A stretch of 64,000 bases of DNA, from assembly GCA_021814165.1 (NCBI GenBank), contig JAKAIX010000002.1:69371-133370 (forward strand), read 5' to 3'. The notes under the pieces are model-generated. The model was not told the DNA's origin. It was given only the letters and a program-made list of their open reading frames with translations, and searched no databases. Position numbers and translations under genes: made by a program. Shown here piece by piece: positions 24,875-34,580 of the stretch. Each line of letters starts with the position of its first letter. Positions within the stretch are counted from its first letter, which is position 1. The stretch comes from a bacterium (GTDB lineage: Bacteria; Patescibacteriota; Minisyncoccia; UBA6257; GWB1-50-10).

Positions 24875-25582
24875 ATGAGCACCGCCAAGGAACTGCACCC
24901 GATCCAAGCAAGCATTCTCCGGGTCCTTATGTATAAGCCAAAAGCGAGATTCTCCGATCTGAACGTCGAAGGGCTTTCGAGCGATCACTTCACGTTCCAT
25001 GTGAAGAAACTTCTCGAGATGGAACTTATCGAGAAAACAGACGAGAGCTCATATTGTCTTACGAGATCGGGAAAAGAATTTACCAACAGGTTTGATACCG
25101 ACGTAAAACAGATTGTGCTTGAACGACAGGCGAAGATAGGCGTGAGTATTATCTGTACGCGCGGGGAAGAAGGAAAAACCGAATATTTAATACAGCAGCG
25201 ACTCAAACAGCCCTACTACGGATTTTACGGATTTGTCACCGGAAAAGTGCGTTGGGGAGAAAGTGTCCACGATACCGCGGCGCGGGAACTTAAAGAGGAA
25301 ACGGGGCTCTCCGCAACATTACAACTTGTCGGCATCGAGCATAAGATGGATTATTCCGAGGAGGGAGAACTTCTGGAAGATAAGTACTTTTTTATTTTCA
25401 GGGGGACGACGGCAAACGGCAAGCTCGTCGAACAATTCGAGGGGGGACGGAATGCCTGGTACTCCAGGAGTGAGGTTGGAAAACTTCCGGAAGTGTTCGG
25501 CGACGTGGAAGAGATACTTGATGTCATTATGAAAGGAGAGTTCGGATTCATAGAAAGGAAGTTCACCGTATCAAAATACTAG
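24875..25582 (+). CDS. Winged-HTH + Nudix hydrolase fusion protein
   Basis: The N-terminal roughly 70 aa are MarR/wHTH-like (ILRVLMYKPKARFSDLNV...HVKKLLEMELIEK). A Nudix box GKVRWGESVHDTAARELKEETGL follows. Confidence 0.6.
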   Translation: MSTAKELHPIQASILRVLMYKPKARFSDLNVEGLSSDHFTFHVKKLLEMELIEKTDESSYCLTRSGKEFTNRFDTDVKQIVLERQAKIGVSIICTRGEEGKTEYLIQQRLKQPYYGFYGFVTGKVRWGESVHDTAARELKEETGLSATLQLVGIEHKMDYSEEGELLEDKYFFIFRGTTANGKLVEQFEGGRNAWYSRSEVGKLPEVFGDVEEILDVIMKGEFGFIERKFTVSKY

Positions 25583-25596
25583 ATTTACAAAAAGAG

Positions 25597-25620
25597 AAAA
25601 CCGCCCTTTTAGGCGGTTTT
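25597..25620. terminator. Bidirectional terminator AAAACCGCC-CTTTTA-GGCGGTTTT
   Basis: Lies between the convergent Nudix and DUF378 genes. Confidence 0.6.
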
Positions 25621-25634
25621 CCTTTTCGTTCCGG

Positions 25635-25865
25635 TTATGCCTTCGGCATTGCGGACGACGGAGCGGAGCACTCTTTGCACGTACCCTTGTGGCCGAACAT
25701 TTCGACAAGCGCCGAGATTCCGACCAGTATGTAGATAATGCGAGAAATGATTTCGCCCTGTCCGCCGAAAATCTCACCGATGTCCCAGCTAAACACTCCG
25801 AGGAGAAGCCAGTTCAAACCACCGATTATCAAGAGGACAAAAGCAATTTTATGAAGTCCTTTCAT
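25635..25865 (-). CDS. DUF378-family small membrane protein
   Basis: MKGLHKIAFVLLIIGGLNWLLLGVF... is the typical DUF378 signature. I chose the internal Met at 25865 as the start; the longer track ORF is probably an upstream extension. Confidence 0.55.
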   Translation of the reverse strand: MKGLHKIAFVLLIIGGLNWLLLGVFSWDIGEIFGGQGEIISRIIYILVGISALVEMFGHKGTCKECSAPSSAMPKA

Positions 25866-26392
25866 TGTTGTTGCGCGATTTTCCCGACCTTTCCCCGCAC
25901 CTTTGGAGGATGACTTGTTTTTTAACTCTCCCCAAAGCACTAGATTGGATATTGATTCCTTCTTCCTATCTATCTTCCTTGAAACACTTTCACTAAAATC
26001 CTCCAAAGGTGCGGGGTTTACCCCAAAAGCGCGGTTTTTCTTTATTATACCATCCTTGGAGGGAATGGGGGCGATTTTAGGGAAGTTATCAACAGCCCCC
26101 ATTTTGCGCGGGCGCAAATTTGGTATACTTAGATTAGAACTTCGACAAGTTCAAAAGTTTAAGCTCGCCGAGATCGCTTCGCGACCCCGGTAAATATGGA
26201 GAAAGTTTATTTTTCTCCCAAGCAATAAGGCCGCTATACAATTTCTATTATTTTTTCTCTTGTAGCGGTCTTTAATTTTACATACCCCGTCGGATCCCCG
26301 CTTCAATGGCGGTTTTTTGTTTCTCGAGCTTTCTGGACGAAAGCAAGAGGAACTGATATTATTCCCATATCCATTATCGAATCAACAATCAA

Positions 26393-26869
26393 ATAGCGGC
26401 GCGGGAACTTAGGGTTATCGACGAACGCGGAGAAAATCTGGGCGTTATTTCCAAGGAAGAAGCATTAAAGATTGCGGGAGGAAAGGGGCTCGACCTTATC
26501 GAGATCGCGCCTACGGCGAACCCCCCGGTCGCGCGGATAATGAGCTTTGATAAGTTCCGCTATGAGCGGGAAAAGGAGGAGCGACGCCAGCGACAGGCCC
26601 AGAAACCGAAAGAATTGAAGGAGGTACGAATCACCCCGCGAGCCGCCCTGAACGATCTTCAGGTAAAGGCGAAAAGGGCGGACGAATTTCTGAAGGAGGG
26701 GCATAAGGTCACCATTAATCTCTTTCTCCGCGGACGCGAGAAAGCGAATAAGGACTGGGCCTTGCAGAAAATGGAAGAATTCTTTAGGATGGTGAGCGTC
26801 CCCTACCAGATCACGATGATGCCGAAGCCGGGCGGACGAGGTTATATCGCACAAATTACGAAAAAATAA
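26393..26869 (+). CDS. infC: Translation initiation factor IF-3
   Basis: Reads IAARELRVIDERGENLGVISKEEALKIAGGKGLDLIEIAPTANPPVARIMSFDKFRYE...VTINLFLRGRE. The start is probably a non-ATG codon (ATA 26393 or ATC 26381), as is usual for infC, so the exact start is uncertain. Confidence 0.75.
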   Translation: MAARELRVIDERGENLGVISKEEALKIAGGKGLDLIEIAPTANPPVARIMSFDKFRYEREKEERRQRQAQKPKELKEVRITPRAALNDLQVKAKRADEFLKEGHKVTINLFLRGREKANKDWALQKMEEFFRMVSVPYQITMMPKPGGRGYIAQITKK

Positions 26870-26870
26870 C

Positions 26871-27059
26871 ATGGGAATTAAAAGCGTCAAAAAGAGCATC
26901 ACAAAACGGCTTAGAGTTACGAGGCGAGGGAAAGTGCTGCGGCGGGCGATGGCATTAGGGCACGCGAAGGCAAATAAGAACACCGTACAAAAGAAGAGAA
27001 AGAAGGCTCACCGCACGCTCGGCGTGGGCATAACAAAACAACTGCAACAATATTTATAA
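26871..27059 (+). CDS. rpmI: Ribosomal protein L35
   Basis: 62 aa and basic; the sequence is L35-like and the gene sits between infC and rplT. Confidence 0.8.
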   Translation: MGIKSVKKSITKRLRVTRRGKVLRRAMALGHAKANKNTVQKKRKKAHRTLGVGITKQLQQYL

Positions 27060-27062
27060 CGT

Positions 27063-27407
27063 ATGACACGAGTAAAACGGGGCACAATTGCACACAAGAA
27101 ACGGGAGCGCGTGCTTAAAAAGACAAAAGGGTACCGCTGGGGCAGAAAAACAAAGGAGCGCGCCGCAAAGGAGGCGCTGCTGCACGGGCTGAGCAGGAAG
27201 TTCAAGGGGAGAAAAGAAAAGAAGCGTACGGCGCGGGCGCACTGGCAGGTAAAAATCAACGCCGCGGTACGCGCGGAAGGTATGAGTTACAGCGCGTTTA
27301 TAAGCGCACTAAAAAAGAAAAATATCGTACTCGACAGAAAAGTGCTCGCCGACCTTGCGGAACACAAGCCGGCAATTTTCAAAAGGCTAATTGAGTTCGT
27401 ACGATAG
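27063..27407 (+). CDS. rplT: Ribosomal protein L20
   Basis: The N-terminus MTRVKRGTIAHKKRERVLKKTKGYRWGRK matches L20 closely. Confidence 0.85.
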   Translation: MTRVKRGTIAHKKRERVLKKTKGYRWGRKTKERAAKEALLHGLSRKFKGRKEKKRTARAHWQVKINAAVRAEGMSYSAFISALKKKNIVLDRKVLADLAEHKPAIFKRLIEFVR

Positions 27408-27411
27408 CCGG

Positions 27412-27930
27412 TTATACCTGCTTTTCCTGGGGCGCCGTTTCTTTCTTCGGATCGGCGTTTTCTTTTTGTTTCGGCAAGTGCTCCCGCATCACAATATCGT
27501 ATGCCTTCTTCAAATTCCGCTTCAAATTCGGCGCCTTGAGCATCCGTGCCGCATCCTTATAAAGAAACCATCCGTATCCCTGATGTTCGCGCGGAACGAT
27601 CGTGATAACCTGCTTCGACGTCTCCGCGAGGTAGTAGATCACGAGGCGCGATACGCGTTTTTTCTCTTTCGTGAAGAATACGAACCGGTCGGAAACCTTA
27701 AACCAATTATTGAATCGGAGCTCACGGGGGCCGATCCCCGTCTCTTCCCGCACCTCCCGGAGCGCGGCGCGAAAACTCCGTTCCCCTTCCGTCAGCTTTC
27801 CTTTGGGAAAATTCCAGTAGGGGCCGCCGTGGTATAAAAGCAGAAACTTGGGGCCCTCGGGGGTCCTTCGAAAAATGATAATGCCCGCGGAGACGGACAC
27901 CTCTTTCTTATCTTCCTGTTTGGGAGACAT
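27412..27930 (-). CDS. Nudix hydrolase
   Basis: Nudix box GKLTEGERSFRAALREVREETGI. Confidence 0.6.
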   Translation of the reverse strand: MSPKQEDKKEVSVSAGIIIFRRTPEGPKFLLLYHGGPYWNFPKGKLTEGERSFRAALREVREETGIGPRELRFNNWFKVSDRFVFFTKEKKRVSRLVIYYLAETSKQVITIVPREHQGYGWFLYKDAARMLKAPNLKRNLKKAYDIVMREHLPKQKENADPKKETAPQEKQV

Positions 27931-27988
27931 AACCCCCTTATTTTACCCTCCTTCGCGGAGCAACGGAAGCCCGACACCGAAGCGGGGG

Positions 27989-30514
27989 TTATCCTTTGCT
28001 TATCCCGGAATTCGTGGAAAACTCGAACGACCCGTTCCGAAACGTTACGGAGATGCTGTCGCCTCGGCGTACCTCCTTCCTCAATATTTTCTTCGCAAGG
28101 ATGCTTTTCAGCTGGTTTGAAATGACTTCTCGAAGCGGACGCGCGCCGAAGACGGGGTCGTACCCGAGACGCGCAAGTTCCCGGAGCGCCGCATCGTCGC
28201 ACTCGAGCCACAGCCCGTTCCGCTCCTTGAGAGAAGTCGCAAGCTCCCGGATAAGAAGCTTGGTAATGAGATAGGTTTCTTCCTGATTCAAGTTGCGGAA
28301 GACGATGATTCCCGAAAAGCGGTTCAGGAGTTCCGGTTTGAAATAATCCGTCAGTTTTTTCTTCAGTTCCTCGCCGATCGCTTCCGCGGACCGCCCCGCT
28401 TCGATCGAGGATTTGATGAATTCCGAGTGGGCATTCGAGGTTGCGATGATAATCGTGTTCGTAAAGTCGACGACTCTCCCCAAATTATCAGTCAAGCGTC
28501 CGTCATCGAATACGGGGAGAAAAAGATTCAAGAGGTCCGGGTGCGCCTTTTCGAACTCATCGAGAAGAATCAAGGAATATGGGTGCTCCGCGATCGCATC
28601 GGTAAGCGCTCCGGAGTTCGTTCCGTCCGGCGATCCGATAAACTGCGAGATGCTTGCCTTTTCCTGGTACTGCGACATATCAAAACGCTCCATCGCGTCT
28701 TTCGAGCCGAACTGGATTCCCGCAAGGATCTTCGCGAGCTCGGTTTTTCCGACGCCGGTCGGACCCACAAAAAGAAACGTCGCGATCGGTCCGCCTTTTC
28801 TCGAAAGGCCGCTTCGGTACTCCCTGATTGCCTGCGCAACGGCACGCACGGCGTCGTCCTGCCCGATAAGCCGCTCGTGGATTTTTGTTTCAAGGTTCAG
28901 GAGTTGTTCCGTCTCTTCCTTCCCCGCTTGCTGTATCGGGATGCGGCTAAGCTTCTCCGCAACCGCAATTACGTCATCCGCAACCACTTTTTTCTTCTTG
29001 TCCTCGCTTGCTTGCGCGAGTGCTTGTTTCAGAAGATCCATCGCGCTCCCAGGAAGCAGTTTGTTATGAAAGTACCGATGCGCGAGCGTGACCGCCTGTC
29101 GAATCGCGAGAAACGAGATAAACATCTTGTACTGGCGCTCGAGAATCAGGGCTTCGTAGATTAAGACCTTCACCGCGTCGTCCTCGCTTATTTCATTTAC
29201 CCGAACCGTCTCAAACTGTTCGACAAAATCGGAACGCGGCTCAATATATTGTTTATACTCTCTCGGATATGTTTCTCCTATGACCGGAATTATCTCCTCC
29301 TTGATGATGGGAAATATAATGTCGATGGGGTTCAATCCCGCCTTCTGGGATGTCCTGAAAAGATCGTGAACTGAAGGGATATACAGCACGATATTCCCCG
29401 CATTCAGTATCTCCTCAACGATTGTCTTTAAGCGCCCGCTTAGCACCTCGGGCGGCGCGTCAGCGATGAGCGCGCCGATCTCAAGCGATACGAGCCGTTT
29501 ATCGAAGAGCACCGACGGCACCTGGTCTTTTATCATCCTGAACGCGAGATGCGCGATGATACTCGATTTCCCCGCGCCCGGCTCTCCCACGAGGAGCGCG
29601 TTCGGTTTTCCGCTTCTTGAAATTACTTGAATGAGGTTTTGGAATTCCTCCTCGTGCCCCACAAGGAGCCCCACTTCCTCTGCGCGCGCAAGATCCGTGA
29701 GATCGGTCGTAAACTTGTCCAAAACGGGGGTGGGTCGCGCCGTCCATGCGCGGTTCATCACGCGATGTCGGAGAAAGTGCGGCTTGTTCGCGAACCCCCC
29801 GATCGAAGCGGGAAGAAAACGCACCTTGCCGAGCAACCGGCGCCACCTCCCGAAAATCGCCGCCGCTTGCAAATCCTTCATGGTTACGTTGAACGAATCG
29901 AAAACGCTCTGCATCTCCCGAGGAACGTTCGGTAAAGAAACGAGCGCGACAAGAATATTCCTCGTATCGATAAAGCGTTCGTTGCCGCCTATAGCGCTTT
30001 GATGCGCAAGAAGCGTGAGCGCCGCTATTTTTTGCAGAAGCTCTACCGGCGAGGCTGCCGCCTCCTTCGGCGCGTCCGGAAGAAGCTCCTGGATCCTTTT
30101 CCGAAAAGCAGCGGGGTTCACGTCGAGTCGGCTCAACGTCTCCTGAATGTCCTCCTTTTCGGAAAGTGATTCGAGAAGGAGAAAATAAAAATCCTGGCCA
30201 GTCATCTTCGTGCGCCGATACGCGTGGCTTAATACGCGGACGCTCGAAGGAGTGAAGGCTTTTGCGATATTCGCGGTCTTCATTCTTCCGAGCTCGCTTA
30301 AATCACGTTCTCCCTCGCCCGCATGAACCGCGCGGTCTATGAGAAAAAGGGCAAACAGTACGCCGAGCCACGAAAGCGACTCCGATCCGGAAAAGAAGAG
30401 AATCACCGTGGTAGCGGAAAGGAGAATGTACCACGAATATATGGCAAGCCGTACCACGAACTCGTCCGCGGCGTTCAGAAATAGTCTCGATTCTTTGAAA
30501 TAGAACTGCGTCAT
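27989..30514 (-). CDS. ClpC/ClpA-like AAA+ ATPase with an N-terminal transmembrane segment
   Basis: 841 aa. The N-terminal about 60 aa are hydrophobic (LAIYSWYILLSATTVILFF...LGVLFALFLI). Clp-N-like repeats follow, then two Walker A sites, GEPGAGKSS and GPTGVGKTE. Confidence 0.7.
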   Translation of the reverse strand: MTQFYFKESRLFLNAADEFVVRLAIYSWYILLSATTVILFFSGSESLSWLGVLFALFLIDRAVHAGEGERDLSELGRMKTANIAKAFTPSSVRVLSHAYRRTKMTGQDFYFLLLESLSEKEDIQETLSRLDVNPAAFRKRIQELLPDAPKEAAASPVELLQKIAALTLLAHQSAIGGNERFIDTRNILVALVSLPNVPREMQSVFDSFNVTMKDLQAAAIFGRWRRLLGKVRFLPASIGGFANKPHFLRHRVMNRAWTARPTPVLDKFTTDLTDLARAEEVGLLVGHEEEFQNLIQVISRSGKPNALLVGEPGAGKSSIIAHLAFRMIKDQVPSVLFDKRLVSLEIGALIADAPPEVLSGRLKTIVEEILNAGNIVLYIPSVHDLFRTSQKAGLNPIDIIFPIIKEEIIPVIGETYPREYKQYIEPRSDFVEQFETVRVNEISEDDAVKVLIYEALILERQYKMFISFLAIRQAVTLAHRYFHNKLLPGSAMDLLKQALAQASEDKKKKVVADDVIAVAEKLSRIPIQQAGKEETEQLLNLETKIHERLIGQDDAVRAVAQAIREYRSGLSRKGGPIATFLFVGPTGVGKTELAKILAGIQFGSKDAMERFDMSQYQEKASISQFIGSPDGTNSGALTDAIAEHPYSLILLDEFEKAHPDLLNLFLPVFDDGRLTDNLGRVVDFTNTIIIATSNAHSEFIKSSIEAGRSAEAIGEELKKKLTDYFKPELLNRFSGIIVFRNLNQEETYLITKLLIRELATSLKERNGLWLECDDAALRELARLGYDPVFGARPLREVISNQLKSILAKKILRKEVRRGDSISVTFRNGSFEFSTNSGISKG

Positions 30515-30518
30515 AGAA

Positions 30519-30863
30519 TTAGGAAAGCGTCATAAAAAATTGCCACACCACCGCCGGCGGGATGAGAAGCCATAAGAGATACCCGAAGATCGAAACCGCG
30601 AAGATAAGAATATATACCACGCTCGCGAGAACGAGGCGGATGGTGCGAAAAACAAACCCCAATATGCGCCCGACAATCGAATAGTCTTTATAGAGCGGCT
30701 CGAGAAGGTGGTTCCACGTGATTCTCAACGCAAGCACCTCATCGATCTGGGAAAGCTTGTTCAAAACGAAGTTGGAATAGATTTTCCCGCTCTTCACATA
30801 CCAGTGTCGCAGAAACTCCACAATACGGTAGAGGAAGCGTTCCCCGAGATAAATAAATGCCAT
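30519..30863 (-). CDS. Hypothetical small membrane protein
   Basis: 114 aa with a C-terminal TM helix. It lies 4 bp upstream of the Clp-like gene and was not recognised. Confidence 0.3.
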   Translation of the reverse strand: MAFIYLGERFLYRIVEFLRHWYVKSGKIYSNFVLNKLSQIDEVLALRITWNHLLEPLYKDYSIVGRILGFVFRTIRLVLASVVYILIFAVSIFGYLLWLLIPPAVVWQFFMTLS

Positions 30864-30955
30864 TTAACAGATTATACCTTATGTTCTTGGCTTTTTAAAA
30901 TACTGAAGCGCCGAGATAAAAGTATCCGACGCTTCGATTTTTGTTTAAAACTCAA

Positions 30956-31300
30956 CTATTCCTTCGGTTTTGGCAACTCGGTTCTCGTAAACGCGAAGTT
31001 ACCGGTGTTTTTCTTTTCACAAAGAAAATACTTGCCGGAGTCCCCTTCGATCCAACTCACACTTTGAACACCTTCTATGTTCAAAATGTCTGCCAAGTTC
31101 GTTGCAGAATTTAGGCTCGCGATAGTTGCGGGATCATCGAACGAAACAGAATATTTTCCCACAGTTACCGTCGACGGTTTCGATAGTTCTCTTTCGATCA
31201 TTTTGTCATCTGCCGCATTCGAACGAATAAACACAAATGCGGACATGGCTAAAATCGCGAAAAGAAACAGGGCGGCATAAATCGTGTTTCGGTTCATCAC
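30956..31300 (-). CDS. Hypothetical secreted / membrane-anchored protein
   Basis: N-terminal signal/TM segment MMNRNTIYAALFLFAILAMSAFVFI. Confidence 0.35.
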   Translation of the reverse strand: MMNRNTIYAALFLFAILAMSAFVFIRSNAADDKMIERELSKPSTVTVGKYSVSFDDPATIASLNSATNLADILNIEGVQSVSWIEGDSGKYFLCEKKNTGNFAFTRTELPKPKE

Positions 31301-31384
31301 TCTATCCTTATAAAGTTAGAAATATGCTAATAATTGTAGAATATTACCATAAAACAATAAAAAAGTCAATCCTTCACAACCCCA

Positions 31385-32296
31385 TCAAAAATACCTCACT
31401 TCTTCCTCCAGGGTTATTCCGAACTTCGCTTTTACCTTCTTTCTTAAAATATCTGCCAATTTTTTAACGTCCTTCGCGGTTGCCTTGCCGGTATTCTCGA
31501 AAAGATTCCCGTGGAAGTCGGGGATTCTGATGCCGCCCTGTCGTATCCCCTTCGCGCCCACTTCTTCAAGGAGGTAGCCGGTGGGTATCTTCCCGCCGAT
31601 TATTTTTGTTGTGTCGATTTTCTTCATCGCGGATCGCGAAACCTCGCTCGCCACCACGTTTTTGAAAAAACTTCCCGGGCATTTGATGCCTGGCTTGTAC
31701 TTTTTTTCTCTGACGGAGACAATCTCTCCCGATTTTTTTTGAAGTTCTTTTTTGTCCCCTCTTTTAAACCGAAGCTCGACGCGAAGCACAAAGAACGGCT
31801 TATGTTTCAATATGCTTTCCCTATATCCGAACCCGCACGCCTTGTTTATAATCCACCTTCTTTTTTTCCCATCCCATATCTCGACCCTTGTGATGACTTC
31901 CGAAATCGAGTGCCCGTAAGCGCCCGCGTTCCCCACCGTCGCGCCGCCGACCGTTCCGGGAATTCCCGAGAGCGTCTCGAGTCCCTTAAATCCGTGCCGT
32001 ATCGCGGTTCTGATAACTTTCATAAGCGGCACGCCCGCGTCGGCGATAATTTTATTATTCGAAATTTTGAGCGATCCTCCGTGAAATCTAACGAGGAGGC
32101 CTTTTAATCCTTCGTCGGGAAATACGATGTTGCTCCCGCCCGCGAATACCCTGAAGGGGATTTTGTGTTTCTTGGCCCACTCGATTGTAACAATCAAATC
32201 CTCTGGTGTTTTTACCAACCGAAACAATTCTGTTTTCCCGCCGATGCGGAACGTTGAAAGAGAGGCGAGGGATATGTTTTTTTGAATTCGAATCAT
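31385..32296 (-). CDS. murB: UDP-N-acetylenolpyruvoylglucosamine reductase
   Basis: FAD-binding FRIGGKTELF...FAGGSNIVF and the MurB C-terminal GLE.LSGIPGTVGGA..GNAGAYG. Confidence 0.8.
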   Translation of the reverse strand: MIRIQKNISLASLSTFRIGGKTELFRLVKTPEDLIVTIEWAKKHKIPFRVFAGGSNIVFPDEGLKGLLVRFHGGSLKISNNKIIADAGVPLMKVIRTAIRHGFKGLETLSGIPGTVGGATVGNAGAYGHSISEVITRVEIWDGKKRRWIINKACGFGYRESILKHKPFFVLRVELRFKRGDKKELQKKSGEIVSVREKKYKPGIKCPGSFFKNVVASEVSRSAMKKIDTTKIIGGKIPTGYLLEEVGAKGIRQGGIRIPDFHGNLFENTGKATAKDVKKLADILRKKVKAKFGITLEEEVRYF

Positions 32297-32401
32297 AACA
32301 CTTCGAATTATGAATAAAAATTTATGAATTGGGGTAACGAGTGTTTGGATCTTTTTTTCTGTTCCAGTCCATAATTCCTTATTCCTGATTCTTTATTCGA
32401 G

Positions 32402-33925
32402 CTAGACGCCTTCCATCACCTGTATATCCGCTCCAATGGAGTTTAGCCGCGAGGCGATTTCCTCATAGCCCCTGTTGATGGAATAAACATTCCGGAGGAT
32501 CGACGTTCCCTCGGCCGCCAGCATGGCGATAAGGATGATCATCGCGGGTCTCAGGGCCGGCGGACACACGATCTGTCCCGCCTTGAGCCGTGTTTTTCCG
32601 GTAATAAAGACGCGGTGCGGATCCGCCAAGGTAACCTGCGCTCCGAGACGGTTTAATTCGGTGAAGTACACGGCTCTGTTTTCCCACATCCAATCGTGGA
32701 TCAGGGTCGTTCCTTCGGCCTGTGTCGCAATCGGCACGAAAAACGGGAGGTTGTCGGAGTTAATGCCGGGATACGGCAGAGAGTGGATCTTATCCGACGG
32801 CGCCTTAAGCTTTGAAGGAAAGACGGTGATATCCACCAGATCCGTTCGTCCGTTGTATGACTTGTACTTCGGCGAAACGGAGAATTTGAGCCCCATCTTT
32901 TCAAGCTTCAGGAGTTCGAGCGAGAGAAAATCGATGGGGCAGCGCGTGATGTGCAATTTCGAGTTCGTCGTCGCCGCGACGGAGATAAACATCATGGACT
33001 CGATCGGATCTTCGCTGTTCCAATACTCTATCGGTTTGTTGATTTCCTTGATCCCGTGGACGACAAGATTGGTCGTGCCGATTCCTTCGATCTTCACCCC
33101 CGCTTTTTCCAAAAAGAAACAGAGTTCCTGCACCTGATAGTTCGGCGGCGCGAAACGAATGGTCGTCGCGCCGGGAATCAGGGCCGCAGCCATCAGAATA
33201 TTGTTTGCCGCCGTATCCCCCGCCTCATACATGACGATCTCCGCAGGTTTCAATTTTTTTGTGGAGACCGTGTAATGATCCGATCTCGTTATAATCGAGA
33301 CGCCGAGTTCTTCCAAACCATAACGATGCGCGGCGATCGTACGGTTTCCCATCTTGCACCCCCCCGCGTGCGGCAACTGAAACTCCGACTCGCGGTGAAC
33401 GAGGGAACCGATAAACATCAAACTCGACCGAACCTTCGAGGCCGCGTCGCGATCAAGTTTTCCGAGCGTAAAATGTTTCGGCGGCATAATCTCGACGCTG
33501 TTCTTCGCAATCCATTTTGCGGAAACGCCGATACTCTCCATAATTTCCATGAGCCGGTTCACCTCCTCGATTCTCGAGATGCCGTGAAGCGTCGTTTTCC
33601 CCCTATTCAAGAGCGAAGCGCATAAAAGCGCCACCGATCCGTTCTTCGAGAAGTTCGTCGCGATGCTTCCCGATAACTTCTTTCCCCCGGTGATTTGGAA
33701 ATCGATCGAGTGGGAGATCGAGACGATTCTTCGATTGAGGATCTTGCTGATCTTCTGGAGTTCTTTCGTGCTGAAATTTTGTTTCCCCGCCTCCATGCGC
33801 GCGACCGCCGACTGGGACGTACCGAGCTCTTTTGCAAAGGCCGCCTGGGTCATGCCACGTTCTTCCCGGAGATTCTTGATGAAATACCCTATCTTCTCCT
33901 GTGTATTCTGGTGGGTGATTGCCAT
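32402..33925 (-). CDS. murA: XRE-type HTH domain fused to UDP-N-acetylglucosamine 1-carboxyvinyltransferase (MurA)
   Basis: The N-terminal about 65 aa read IGYFIKNLREERGMTQAAFAKELGTSQSAVARMEAGKQNFSTKELQKISKIL (classic XRE HTH). The rest is MurA-like (ITGGKKLSGSIATNFSKNGSVALLCASLL...). Confidence 0.75.
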   Translation of the reverse strand: MAITHQNTQEKIGYFIKNLREERGMTQAAFAKELGTSQSAVARMEAGKQNFSTKELQKISKILNRRIVSISHSIDFQITGGKKLSGSIATNFSKNGSVALLCASLLNRGKTTLHGISRIEEVNRLMEIMESIGVSAKWIAKNSVEIMPPKHFTLGKLDRDAASKVRSSLMFIGSLVHRESEFQLPHAGGCKMGNRTIAAHRYGLEELGVSIITRSDHYTVSTKKLKPAEIVMYEAGDTAANNILMAAALIPGATTIRFAPPNYQVQELCFFLEKAGVKIEGIGTTNLVVHGIKEINKPIEYWNSEDPIESMMFISVAATTNSKLHITRCPIDFLSLELLKLEKMGLKFSVSPKYKSYNGRTDLVDITVFPSKLKAPSDKIHSLPYPGINSDNLPFFVPIATQAEGTTLIHDWMWENRAVYFTELNRLGAQVTLADPHRVFITGKTRLKAGQIVCPPALRPAMIILIAMLAAEGTSILRNVYSINRGYEEIASRLNSIGADIQVMEGV

Positions 33926-34000
33926 ATATCATATATGATATAAATCCAGATAAAAAAGTAAAGTGTGCAACAAAACTCCTATATTGCTTATAATTAGCAT

Positions 34001-34573
34001 ATGGATTTACGCTTCGTTCTTGGAGTTTTGGGTGGTATTATCACTGCATTTTCCGTTATCCCCTATGTACGGGATATTATGAAGAAAACAACGCGCCCGA
34101 ATTCTGTCTCATGGTCCATTTGGGTACTTCTTCTTACTATTTCGATTTTCGCTCAATGGAGCGCCGGAGCGTCGTGGTCGATTATTCTTCTTATAGGCGA
34201 TCTAATCGGCACAAGTACCATCGCCGCGCTTTCTTTCGCGGGCTACGGCTACGGAAAATATGGCCGCCTCGAGTGGACGTGTCTCGGCCTCGCAATCCTC
34301 GCAATTATTTCCTGGCAAATTACAAGCCAACCGATCTGGGCGATTGTCTTCGCAATCATCGCCGATGCGCTCGCGGCATTTCCCACGCTCGTCAAGGCGT
34401 TCCGCGATCCCCGCTCCGAACACCCGACTATGTGGCTCCTAATTTCATTGGGCGCTCTCCTCGGTATCGCTTCAACCACAATCGTTAATGCCGCAAATCT
34501 TCTCTTCCCCTTTTATCTCTTTGTGATTAACAGCACAATTGGCATCACGACGCTCGTCGGGAGAAAAAAATAA
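34001..34573 (+). CDS. Hypothetical polytopic membrane protein
   Basis: 190 aa with about 6 hydrophobic segments. Confidence 0.4.
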   Translation: MDLRFVLGVLGGIITAFSVIPYVRDIMKKTTRPNSVSWSIWVLLLTISIFAQWSAGASWSIILLIGDLIGTSTIAALSFAGYGYGKYGRLEWTCLGLAILAIISWQITSQPIWAIVFAIIADALAAFPTLVKAFRDPRSEHPTMWLLISLGALLGIASTTIVNAANLLFPFYLFVINSTIGITTLVGRKK

Positions 34574-34580
34574 GTTTTTT

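Noticed and set aside
28427-29164. 245-aa plus-strand ORF inside the Clp-like gene, and similar long antisense ORFs inside murA (32951-33625), dnaA (55866-56477), ileS (5975-6496) and the HK gene
   Set aside because: All are antisense to genes with strong family motifs, and all have low-complexity Arg/Ser-rich translations.
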